Shown piece by piece: positions 50,941-62,763 of a stretch of 64,000 nt of DNA; the stretch's first letter is position 1; each line of letters starts with the position of its first letter. A program made the position numbers and the translations under genes. This DNA comes from Bugula neritina (taxonomy: Eukaryota > Animalia > Bryozoa). The DNA is taken from NCBI GenBank assembly GCA_964035545.1, contig OZ037766.1, positions 19,518,767 to 19,582,766 of the forward strand. Direction: 5' to 3'. Under the pieces are notes generated by a model that saw only the letters and a program-made list of their open reading frames with translations, was not told the origin of the DNA and made no database searches.

Positions 50941-51060
50941 GACACCACTGAAACTAATGATCACGGTTCAGTGAGCATAAGTATAGCAGCATTACAACTA
51001 TAGTTATGTGATGTTGCTGCATCAACAGTTAGCCTCTACACTTTACCAGTTATAACTAGT

Positions 51061-51297
51061 GAAAAGTACCCTACACTAGCTAAACTGGGACTAAGAGTAC
51101 TGAGCATATTTGGTTATGTTTATAAATGTTAATGCATGTTTTCTATCATGGACCATATCAAAAAAATTATAGAACACAGCTAGCTCACCAATGAGCATCT
51201 GCAAGATTTGCTTCGAGTAGCCACGTATGAACCCAGTACTAGCAGTGACATTAGTGCTATTATGGCTACTAAAAGTTTGTTTCATACTTCTCACTAA
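51061..51297 (+). pseudogene. Degenerate hAT transposase C-terminal dimerisation domain
   Basis: EKYPTLAKLGLRVLSIFGYVYKC*CMFSIMDHIKKNYRTQL / (frameshift) LTNEHLQDLLRVATYEPSTSSDISAIMATKSLFHTSH*. Fits the Buster/Charlie C-terminal pattern (YP.L...A...L..F.STY.CE..FS....K...R.RLT..HL...SH*). Confidence 0.85.
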
Positions 51298-53189
51298 TTA
51301 TAGTAGGCCTACTAAAAGTGTACCCAACAAGTTTTTTGCGGCGTTCTTGCTTTGTAAACTATATAAAACTTGTTGTTAAATTAATCAACTGTCACCTTTT
51401 TTATTCAGCATCCACATTCTGCAATTTATACTTTCAGCCTTGAAAACGAAAAAAAGCAATTTATATTTGCATTTGGTAATGCAGAATTGTACCTTGCATT
51501 TACAACAAACAAACCTGGCCCTTCTTACGCCTTAAATCTTGAGATCTAGCCCCATTTTAAAAACATTTGCCCATCCCTGCCTTACGCCATAAGGCGTAAG
51601 AAATAACCAGTACTGGTACAGCTCTTTGTTGACATAAGTTATGGGCTTATAGTTATAGTACAGACTACAGTCACAGTGTGAGTGTCAGTCACTCTAGGTC
51701 AGACTCAGTATGAGTGTTACTGTTAGTGTACAGGTACTACTACTATTTCTATTGAGTATTGCCACAGAAAAGATATAACAAATAAAATTTCCAATGATCA
51801 AATTAAATAACTCATTTTTAAACTTGAAATTAATAATTTTTTAGTCCGTGATATGATGAGGATTAAATAATTATTTTAATTAATTTTGTAGATTTATAAT
51901 AATTGATGTTTTTTTTATATTAAAAATAGTAATATTAATATACCTAGACTTGAAGTCCTATTCTTATAGTTATTCTTAAAGTTAATACTGACGCTTAAAG
52001 TTCATCTTATAGTTATAGGTATACTTATAGTTATAGTATTTGTTACTTATTTTAAACTTGTAGTATAACCCAAAGTTATACTAAAACTGTAAAAATAAAT
52101 CTAATAGTAATACTCACTAATAGTTATAGTGTATTTATACATGGTAGTATACTAACATTGATAGTTATACTTATACTAATACTAATAGTAATACTTGATA
52201 CTATACTAAGACTATCTCTATAGATTATATAATGATTACAGGTTATAGACACAATTATAATGATAATAATACTAGTACTAATAGTAGCAGTTATGCTTAT
52301 AGTAATAGCAATACTAATAATAATAACTAGTGTATATTTATGATGCTTAGTCTTATAGGTATACTTATATGTATTAACTTATAGGTACTTATAAGTACCT
52401 TATAGGTACTTATAAGTACCTTATAGGTACTTAACTTAACCTATAGCTATGGCTTTGTAATTGGCAATTACCTATTGCAGTATATATCATATTTATAGTT
52501 TTCCCGATAGTGATACTCATACTTATAGTGGTAGTCATGGATCATGTTTACTGTTTCTGTTCACAGTAGTGACTAGTTTACTAATGCTAGTAGTGTTACT
52601 AACAGGGGTCAAAGTTAGCGGGTCACGTGGGGTCCCCTAAACTTAGTCGTAACCCAATTAAATATCTCATTACATCCAATAGCATATATGAGATTAGTGA
52701 TGAAGTGTTGAATGGTTTGACATAAAACTGGTGATAAAGCTCCATGAATTGTTGAAAGTCAAAACACACAAATTGTTGGTAGAAGTTATGTACCTGAGTA
52801 GCTTTGAAAATGAGCGGTTTCTCTAACTCGCCTCTTAAATTTTTTCAGGTTTAGTATCAGAGCCAGTGCCACCAACTAACCAATTGGCTACTAAACTATA
52901 GATGGACTATAGTGTGCTATTCATGAGTAAAAGAAGATGCGGCTGAACTGAACCTCAGTATTAATGTGTTGGTTGTACATGTATTGGAAAAGGTGGTGAT
53001 TGTAAGGTCAGTTTAGAGTTGCCACTTCCTGGCGTTACTTGGTGTTAATGATATGATAATCATGTTGATAACAGACTCAATTCCAGTTTCAATTTAACAA
53101 AACTGCAATGGCAAGCTCGTCCTAATTTTGAGCAAGTTAAAACATGATTTCATATACTATTACCTACTTATTGACGAGGCCCATAACGG

Positions 53190-54535
53190 GGTTACTTCTC
53201 GTATCAGCTCATAACATCTACTGTCTTCGCCACTATTGACCTCCATACTTTTCTATCTTATGCCAGATCTATGATCAATGATCAAATGTAATGTTAGCAT
53301 ATGTTTTGAGGTCTTTTTTGATAGTATCAACCCATGATATTCTTCTGGCCCCTCTGGGATGTTTTTGCCGGCTAGTTCAGATATATCTCTAGTGCTTGCT
53401 TGGCAGGTGCACCTTCTGGTAATCTGAGAAGGTGCCCGAGCCATCTTACTCTGTGTTCTTATGGTATGAGACCAAGGTTTCTGCCATGTCTTCTTATATA
53501 GCTCTTTGAGACCATCTCACCTTCAATATTTTACGTAGGAGGTTTCTTTGGCATATGTCGATGTTGTTACTTCTCTCTTGTGTGATTGACCATAGTTCAC
53601 TGTTATAAAGGAAGATGCTTCCTAATAGCGCATCCAAGAGTCTCATCTTAATATTCAGACTGATTCCTTTTTGTGTTAGTATTTTGTTGATGTTGTAAGC
53701 CACTGTTGCCAGTCGGTTGTATCTGCCTATGTTGTTTTGTGTCAGGAGGATTGAGCCTAGGTATTTACATTTCTCCCACTGCTTTTCTACTCTGTTGATA
53801 TATTTTTCTGTCTTTGCTAGGTTGATATGTAGATCTGTCTGTGAGAGAACAGATGGAATGTTTGCTTTGATAATTTCTATGGTGTGGCTGCAGTTGCCAC
53901 CCACCCAGCAGATATCATCTGCCTATTGCAGGTCAGTCAACACCCCAGAGTCATGGCAGTTTGCATAGTCATGGTCTCTCAGTGCAGTTGGTAGTCCTGA
54001 TCCGGATGTGAGTGAAAAATAGTTCTGGTCTTCTAGAGCTGATGGTTGGCTCGTTTTTTTCACTGAGCAGAGGGCTTTTGCCAGATATAGTGTGAAGAGA
54101 GCAGGGCCAAGGCAGTTGCCTTGAGGTGTACCCATATTTGTTACAAAAGGAACCCCTTTCTTTCCAGCCACATCTACAAACTTTTATCATATGTAGTTCT
54201 GTGAGTGTATACTGTGTAGTATACTGTGTAGGTCTTCTAGCAGTATCTTTCTGTTCACGGTATCAAATGCTCTAGATATGTCCATCGTTAGTATGTGTGT
54301 TTCAAAGTTTGTAGATCTTACCGCTTTTTCTGCCATAATCTTCAGGGCAAAGAGCTACTCTGTTGTACCACTTGCGTCACCGGTATCTCACTGTTGCTCT
54401 TCTCTCTTATTCTCCATAACATGCAAGTTGCTAGTACAGTGGGATGATGAAACGTAGATGACTTGCTGGTCCTTTGGCTTTTCCAGGCTTTTGTAGTGGT
54501 ATTAGAATGCCATCCTTTACTTCTGTAAAGGATCA
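53190..54535 (-). mobile_element. Decayed non-LTR retrotransposon RT (RTE-like)
   Basis: Frame-broken motifs MDISRAFDTVNRKILL, GTPQGNCLGPALFTLYL, Q*ADDI (YADD site carries a stop), KCKYLGS, IFLYNSELW, LLRKILKVRW. Confidence 0.85.
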
Positions 54536-56467
54536 CATTCTAATATACTATTACTACTAGTATAAAAATATTCTAAAAAATATCTAATAAAAGTTAATTT
54601 TCTGAACTGGGTTCAAATTTAATTTTTAGTATCTCTTGCTAGGTATATTGGATACTTATACTAGATCTAGTAAACAAGTCCAAGTAGACCAATATGCAAA
54701 TCTTCTAATAATCTCAAGGGTGTGAAAACCCTGGAAATGCTAGCTTTCTCTGTTATATTTATTTTAGTACATAGTCAAATAATATATTTAGCATATTGGT
54801 GTATTGACTTGCCTAACTTTGGAAAACTTGCAGCAAGTTAATCGAAGTTTTTGAGTCAAATAAATCATTTTAGCCAGTCAATTTTAGTCAAAAGGTTTCT
54901 CCTACTCAAATGAAGCGATTTAGATTAGCTCTTTGTTGGTTCTAAAAGTGTGGGTTTTACTGGTTTGTTTTAACATATAACAATAAGTTTAGCAAAGAAA
55001 TAAAATACAATATATAATATGATGTCAAAAAAGGCATGCATCTGTGATTCTAGAGTTCAAATTTGAAGGATAACATCTAAGTGACTGAGACTTTAAGAAA
55101 CAGTAATCATAATAAAAATGATTTAACCTTAATTTAGCAAAACGTAAGTTTCGAAGAATAAAACTGTTTAGTATCACACCACTCATAGAGTGTTTAAAAA
55201 AGTAAAATAGACACTATCATGTCATTCAGTTTGATCATCGAAATTTCATTGACATTAGAATTTACAATTTGGCACCTGTTTGAAAAGCCAGACTGAATTT
55301 TTTCTTACATATTTTGAGATTTTTGTTACATTCACTATGAATACTACACAGTCTGGGGAATCTCGGAATGTGTAGTATTCAATAGTATATCCATACCAAG
55401 AATTTTTTTGATATGAAAAATTAAACTAGAAATACTACAATTATGAAACCCATACTTTTAGTGATATATTGATGTATTTTGTAATGAAACCATTTTAACA
55501 TCCACTTTGAAGCAAATGTATTTTCATTGTTTTGAAAGTCGCATGCTTCGTTTTAAATTTACCAATTAACATCAAATAAAAAGAATATGCCATTAATTAA
55601 AGACTAGTTTTTGAGTTGCTATGCTATTAACATTGTAGTTATTTTGCAATGGCTAAAGAGTTTCCATAATTGAACTTTATTCAGCTATTTAAAAGTATGC
55701 TACTCCAGCTTTGTAATGTTACAAGCTTTGTCTAATAAGAAATATTATATGTGTGGCTTTGTTCTTTAGTTAAGACTATTCCAATTAACTTTCACTAGCA
55801 TGTTTGTTCAGAATTCTTCTGCTTCTAAGTGGTAGTTTCCAGTGCTGCACAAATGCATTTTTTCTGATAGAATTTTAGTTAATGATAATAACAACTAAGC
55901 TGTTCAGAAGTAATAAGTGTGTATATGGTATAGCTGGACAATATTTTGATGAAGTAATTTAAGATAATAATTGTTTTCTGTACCCATAGTTATTTTCATG
56001 TTTTATTATAATGCACAACAAAGTAGCAAATTAATGCTATACCACATCTATTTTAGATGGTGTAATAAATATCTGGAATATAGAAATCCATAGAATAAGT
56101 ATCATATTCAGTTTACTTGTTCTTATAAAGTAGCCTGTAACAAAGCATGTTTGTTGTTCACATAAAAGAATAAAGGTGTCATAACTTGTGTTGGGCGAAA
56201 TTCTCAAACTGTTTGTGACTACCTCAACAGCCAAACGTCCTCATAAAAAATAGCTAAAGGTGCACTTTTGAAAGTTATCTTGAACTTACTATTAAAAGTA
56301 AAACCTGCTATCAACATAGTCTGTTGACAGTGTTGTCAAATGTGTTCATGTAGTTCAACTAAGCATTGTAGGTGCAACTCCTACTTGGGAATAATATGTT
56401 GAAAAAAGTTTCTGCTGAGAGCATGCTAGTTGAAATCAAAAAGTCACAATGAAAACATAATTGAGAG

Positions 56468-57245
56468 CAGGGTTCGGGTAATTGATGTTTGTGGTTGCAA
56501 TTGGTTGCAATTAATTACATTTTTCCAAATAATTGAATGTAATTTGTAATTGAAGTATAAAACTGCAATTGTAATTTACCACATATCAGGGCGGGGTCAA
56601 TTACATGTGAATGTAATTAATTGCAATTACATAAAAATTTATCAATTACAATTATAATTGCAGTTAAAAAGTAATGTAATTAATTACAATTACAATCACT
56701 TTTGTTCTCACAAGGAATAAAAAGAAGTTATGTAATCTCACTTCTAGGGTCCAACTACCAGGGGCAATTTTGTCAGTGGTGAACCTACTTTGTTCCCAAC
56801 AGTGATACTATACCACATGGACTCAATGAACTTGTTATTTAGCAGTAGGCATGGTAGGAAAAGTATGAATCTTTTAAGATTTTAAAATTTGAAGTAATTG
56901 ACATGTAATTATAAAGTAATTGTAAAAACCAATTGCATTAGATATGTAATTAGTTACAATTACAATTACATTTTTATACATTCATGCAAATACTTGAAAA
57001 AATTAACTAATTACAACCAATTACAATTACAAATTACAACTACCCCAACCCTGATATCTAGAGTAATTGATTTTTACAATTACTTTGTAACCACATATTA
57101 ATTACTTCAAATTTCTAAATCTTTCATAATTCTCTTACCATGGTTACTGTGTAATAAAAATTTCAGATTAATTCAATGCAGTATTATTGTTATATTGTAT
57201 CACCTTATTAATAATGTTAAAAGAAACAGATGAGTTGTTCACCAA
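56468..57245. mobile_element. CAGGG-terminated non-autonomous element with a second copy (56587-57053) inserted in the opposite orientation
   Basis: Inner copy cagggcggggtcaattac...caactaccccaaccctg is flanked by ATAT on both sides, with GTAATT/AATTAC subterminal repeats. Outer segments match the reverse complement of the inner copy. Confidence 0.75.
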
Positions 57246-57474
57246 TATCAGATGAGCTACCGTAAATTTTTAGAATACAAATAGTTAATTGTGAATTTCG
57301 TTGAACTCCAAGTTGTACTAGTTGTATTAACATATTGTTCTGTACGCAGTTTTATGGCACCCTAAGCTAATGTGAGAAAGGCCATATGGTAGCTTACAAA
57401 TCTTTTATAATCTTTGCAAATCTTAGCTTTTATCCTTTGCTAGTAAAAAGTCTGTAATGCATTCAATTTTAAAG

Positions 57475-58623
57475 ATGAAACTCCATTTAGCTCTTTTAAT
57501 AACAACTTGCTTAGTCGTCGGGGTAAGTATTTCAAAATCTAGAATAGCAGCTGCCTGCTCAGCAGGTAAGAAGCTGTAAAGTATCTACTTTTTATGTACT
57601 TAGGCTGGTGTATCAAAACAGGAAGAACAAAAAGTGAACATGGTTTCTTATTCTTTAAATGCTATAAGCTATGTTTCTGATATGGTTTTGGGCACAAAGT
57701 GTAGATTTCACTACAAGGATTAATCCTGCCTCAATCTAAGCTTGCTATCATTTAGGCAAAGGGTAATATTGTAACCTTTTCAGTTGTTTAAGCTTATGCT
57801 TACAATATTGTTTTTTAGGGATTTCAGTCTCCCAATAGCTAATTCTTGGGTAGCTTTTCTTTTTAAATGAAACCCTGCAGTTAAAATAACTTTTTTTTAA
57901 CTGAAAGGAAAATCCTATTGCATTTACATTCAATAAGTAAATACATTTGTAGTGTTTTTGAGCCTCATGAAGAGTGAAAACTATACGCAAGTTTATAGTT
58001 GCCATCCCTGTGAGAAAACCCCTGATGGGAAGGGTTTTTTTTCTTAAACCGGGCTAAGGTCTTACTATACAGATGAGGCATGGGAGCAATTATAACTATA
58101 TGCTCTTCCTAACATCACCAATGACCTTTGTTGAGGTTCAAACCCATGACTTCGTGCTTACTAGGCGACACTTTGACCCCTAGGCCAAGGCTGCTCTAAA
58201 TATTCTTAGCATTAGTTACAAGCTACATCAGTGCTGTTGAAAATCTTGATGCTGCCCCTTAGCTGTATCAAAAGTGTAAGAATTTGGGTTTTTGCAATAT
58301 TATCGAAGTTTAATTGTCCAATGATAATTTATAATAAATTGTTGATAGGTTCACAAAAATATAGAAACTAAATAAAAATTACATTGATGAGATAAACACT
58401 ATAATATGCAGACTAATATATTATGCTTTCTTAGACAGCTGCTGACTTCAAACATTGTTTAGAAGATAAAGAATGTGACGTCACAGAATGCTGCCACCAT
58501 GATAGAGCTGTAGGGGTTTGTGTGAGCAGAAAGACTTATGGTCAGCTTTGTGACTGCGGCTGTGAGAAAAATCTGATGTGCTCAATGACAACTGGCAAAT
58601 GTGAATATGTTTTCAAAGGCTAA
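57475..58623 (+). CDS. Secreted 10-cysteine colipase/prokineticin(MIT/astakine)-like peptide precursor, 78 aa; join(57475-57522, 58435-58623)
   Basis: Exon 1 MKLHLALLITTCLVVG|GTAAGT. Exon 2 ttcttag|TAADFKHCLEDKECDVTECCHHDRAVGVCVSRKTYGQLCDCGCEKNLMCSMTTGKCEYVFKG*. Phase-0 join; signal-peptide-like N-terminus; C-x5-C-x4-CC...G..C...CxC...L.C pattern. Confidence 0.85.
57991..58194 (-). mobile_element. tRNA-derived SINE, antisense in the peptide gene intron
   Basis: - strand: A-box-like TGGCCTAGGGG, B-box-like GGTTTGAACCTC, then a body shared with 93-275. Confidence 0.65.
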
Positions 58624-59978
58624 CTTATAATACAATCTGCCTGTGTTGTAGCAAATTTATAAAGAAAATGTAATAGTTTATTCAATACATACACCACATA
58701 AATTTTCTCCTTCTTCTATTGGTTGATGTATAGAGTTACATAACGTAGGTGTTTACAATTATATCAATGTTAAGTATATATTATTACTTTTAACTACTGA
58801 TTTTAGCACATTGAATGAGTAATGTTTTAATTTATATTTTCCCATGTAGTCCCATACAATACTGCACATAAACATATGTAAGTCAGAAATTTAAGAGCGT
58901 TTGTCAAAAAGGTGAATTCCTGCAATTCCATCATAATCTAGAAGTAACATCCAATTATCTTTCACTCATTACACTCCGAGGGTGGACCACACAACTTTTT
59001 AGAAATCGAGAGGTTCAAGGGCCCTAATTAATCTGTGAAAACTTTAAGTTGTTCTGTGCGCCCAGTAAGCCACAACAATTTTTAATAAACTTTTAACATA
59101 AATCAGGAGTTGTCTTTTCTTAACGTTTGTTTGAATCGGTCAACTATCTTAGAATTATTTTATCTAATTTATTTTATATATGCAAAAGAAATTTAAGATG
59201 ATTATAGATGCTTTTCTCATTTATTGTTGTAAAAGCTTAAGACTGCTCTGTCCACCCAGTTACCCAGTTATGTTCAGGAGATCACACAAACATTAATTCT
59301 AAGTATTACTTTGGCCAATAGGTGTTCTGCCCACCCAAATAGCCAAAAAGGCTCTTCAAATTTTTTCGGGAGTTGTTTTCTTTTCATTTTGTTTAAATCA
59401 GTTGAATGTCTGAAAGTTATATAAGGTAGTTTATTATATATACATGGTAAAACTTCTGCAGATGATATAGAGACATTGTTCACTTTCCTGAGTTAAATTT
59501 TTGTGACTTTCTTCTGACAGCGTCTGAAGGAAAGTTGAGCATCCACAAAACAAAGCAAGAGACTGGGTTTGTTTTAGAAATTGGTGAGCATTATTATTAA
59601 TTAGCTGTAAAAATGTTTATAAATATAGGTGAATGAATGTCTGATAATGATTTTCTTCACGACTTTAAACATCCTAACTACTTTTACAAAAAAGTAATGA
59701 GAAGCATGAGCAGGTTGGTCTGGATTGTAAAGGATAATATTTTAAGTTTGTACATTTGAGCTTTACTAACAAATTTAAATTGAACTACATGTATATGTTC
59801 TATAAGCAATGTTTTTAAAACAATGCTGTTGGTTAAAATGCATACTTTTTATACTATTTCAATAATGACTTCAGAGCAAAGATGGCTTAATAAAATGTGC
59901 AGCTTTTCCCACAAAAAATGAAATTATGCTGCACATAAAATATTTATCGGACAGCTGTGGTGTTGAGTTTACCCAGCA

Positions 59979-60490
59979 GCCCCTGTGGTGTAATTGTTTA
60001 GCCCTGCTTGCAAGCCGGAGGTCTGTGGTTCGAATTCCTGTGGGGGCAAAGTTTTTACAACAGCTATCTAGAAAGGGGCAACAATTGCCTTTGTCAACAC
60101 ACCATCACCGGAATATTATTGTTAATTGGGATTTTTAAGTATGTGTAGTTGTTTTCTCTTGTTTTTGCGTATGTGTGGGGTGCACAACTCTGAGATATTG
60201 GATATAGCATGGGTGTGGCTTGTGTGATTGTTGTAGCTATATAACCTAGTGTAAATAGGAGAATTGTGGATTGTAGACTGATTAAGGAACGATTGAGGAA
60301 ATATTTGTATAGAATGTGTGACCCAATTAGAGCTTGTTAGGGTACGTTAGTGAGTGCTAACCAAAGACCAAAGACTGAGAAGCACCACCAGCCAACTACC
60401 CTAACCCGGAGTCTCAACTTCACCCCTACCGGACGGACGGAAGCTGGAGTTACCTCGCAGCCAAGCCATTAACCCGTAACTGTACACTGA
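59979..60490 (+). mobile_element. tRNA-headed SINE-like element (head 59979-60048)
   Basis: gcccctgTGGTGTAATTGtttagccctgctTGCaagccggaggtctgtGGTTCGAATTCCtgtgggggca: A and B boxes present, stems imperfect. The 3' boundary is a guess. Confidence 0.6.
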
Positions 60491-61111
60491 CCCAAGCTCA
60501 CGCAAAGGCTGCAACCTATATAGTAGGCCTATATATTATTCGGTGAGTTTATAATACTCCAAATTACTAAAACCCACCACAACATCATGAATATATTGTT
60601 GAAAATGGCAGCATAACTATAAAATGACTGACCCCTTGCACCCAAAAGGCATTGAAAATAATATATACTTGTACTGTAAAACCAGCAGCAATACATTCTG
60701 ATTTAAATGTCAGAAGTCTCAAATGCAGGCAACTGTGTATGTCCATGCAAGGATTGTCTAAACTGAAGATCCTTTGGAGAAAAAGACGCAAATTAGATTG
60801 ATAGGAGTAATAATGATGGTAAGAAAACTTTATACAACGAAGCACTGCTTTGTCACATTTGTTATATAGTTTGCTTCAATTAACAAGAAATTTTACATTG
60901 TGTTTTAATCACCTTTATCTTTATGTGATTTTAAAATACATTTACAGAATAGTGCTCCTTTTTTTGCAAATATTTAATGATTCCTAACAGATCAATAGAA
61001 TCTTGACTCATTTGTTCGGCGCTCATGATATATTTTTTAAGAATCTGATTCTTTGACAAATCGACATAAAAAGCTTCTAATCCTGCATAACAAACTTCTT
61101 TTATATATTTA

Positions 61112-61363
61112 GGGCGCTTTCGGATTCCCTACGCGTAGGGGTAACTGTAGGCCCTACGCGATGCCCATTCGGTAACCATCACGCGTAGGGCGCAATTATT
61201 CGAGCAATTACGATAATTTCACTCTGACATTGCGTCATTTTTGTAAACGAGTGTAAGCGATAGAATAGGTAGTTACCCCTACACGTACCCGGGGTACTCG
61301 TGGTTACCGAGCAAATTCATCGATGAGCCCAGTAGGCTACGCGTAGGGAATCCGAAAGCGCCC
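61112..61363. mobile_element. PIF/Harbinger (Tourist-like) MITE, 252 bp
   Basis: Perfect 27-bp TIR GGGCGCTTTCGGATTCCCTACGCGTAG; TTA TSD at 61109-61111 and 61364-61366; internal repeats of (c)ctacgcg/cgcgtaggg. Confidence 0.92.
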
Positions 61364-61633
61364 TTATTATGTATGCTTCTGCCAAATGTAAAGTGTCATT
61401 CATATAGCAAACATGTGTTTCTATTGACAACTTGGTTTGCATAAAAATACTGTTTTGTAATTTGTAAATTCAGAATCTGTGTAGATATTAAAGTAAGAAA
61501 CAACCAATTTTTTTATCTCACAAAATATTGTTCTTTATAGACAGTTAGTTATATTGGATGCTATTTTGCACAATATGAGCTCCTAATTTAATCACCTATT
61601 CAATATGCGTACTTGCTTTTCACAATAATTTGA

Positions 61634-61828
61634 GTTTGGGTAGAGATACGATTCTAGACTCTGTGAATTCATTATCAGCATAAAATCTTGATGTAGATTT
61701 TGCACAATCCACATTTCTTTTTATCACCCATCCAAGATGTCGATTTGTTTTTTGCAATAACTCTAGTTTGGGTAGAGATAGAATTCTAGAGTTTGTAGAT
61801 TCAGAATCAGCACAAAATTCTGATCTAG
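61634..61828. repeat. Diverged ~64-bp direct duplication, probably a DNA-transposon remnant
   Basis: agtttgggtagagata.(g/a)attctaga...tcagca.aaaa...tgat.taga at 61634 and 61766. Confidence 0.6.
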
Positions 61829-62763
61829 AAATAACTTTTTAAGTAGCCACCTAGTAAAGTGTAATAAGCCAATTTTTGAATACTTTTTGGGAGGTTACTT
61901 CTAGACTAATGGTGTACTCGAATCTTACCACATGGTATATCCATGCAAACCCAATATGAGAAAAGAGAAAATGTTTGTTTACACTTATAACCTAATTTAA
62001 AAAATAGATATTTTAAAATATATTCAAATAAGCCCAGAATCTGCAGAATGAAAAGGGCTAACCAATACATATTTCACCGATGAGTCTAAATACTTCAGGA
62101 CCATATACCTCTGAGAGACATACTTATTTAATTGTTGCCACAGATCTGTAGAAACTAACAAAAACCTAAACCGAGAATATAGTTTTTCAACTTACAAGTT
62201 TTATTAGCAGAAATATTTTTCTATAAAGATAAGCACGATGCCGGATGCAGTTTTCCTATAAAAAATTATTTGAAAAATAATTAAATTATATATATTGTTT
62301 ATGGTATGGATATACATATACATGCTCATATTCCATTGCAACATCCACTTTAGAAACAAATATATATTGAATTTAATTCCAGAGTTGATAAAAATTCCAA
62401 GATATTTAGCAGTCTGCAGAGATATTTCATTAGACCCGGAGCCTAGCAACTGGATTCACCAGAAACCAACAACAGCCTCTCACATGATATTCAATTCAAT
62501 CACATGCAACACTTGAATTTACAGTTCATGGCTAGCCTTAAAAAACTGACCAATAAAAGTATATACGTAGTACAAGCCATCAGAAATATCTGGCAATCTA
62601 GTCGAGAATTTGAAAGCTCTGTAAGTAAACAGTTGGGTCTTCATGGGCGAAATATGATGGTTGGCAGATCTCTTGTACAAAATGACTTAGTATGGCCAAT
62701 CTCAAATGTTACAGAGCTGTACCAACTAAACACCTTGCTACCATCATACTTCTCTGTGCTGCG

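Larger units (their letters stand above)
50318..51579 (+). mobile_element. Internally deleted hAT (Charlie/Buster-like) DNA transposon
   Basis: TIR CAGGGATGGGCAAATG...CATTTGCCCATCCCTG (16 bp perfect); 8-bp TSD ctttacgc/ccttacgc (7/8); subterminal ggcccgcgg; transposase relic inside. Confidence 0.9.

Noticed and set aside
59979-60048. Functional tRNA-Ala(TGC)
   Set aside because: Mismatched anticodon and T stems, and related degenerate heads at 46561-46850, favour a SINE head; tRNAscan-SE would decide.
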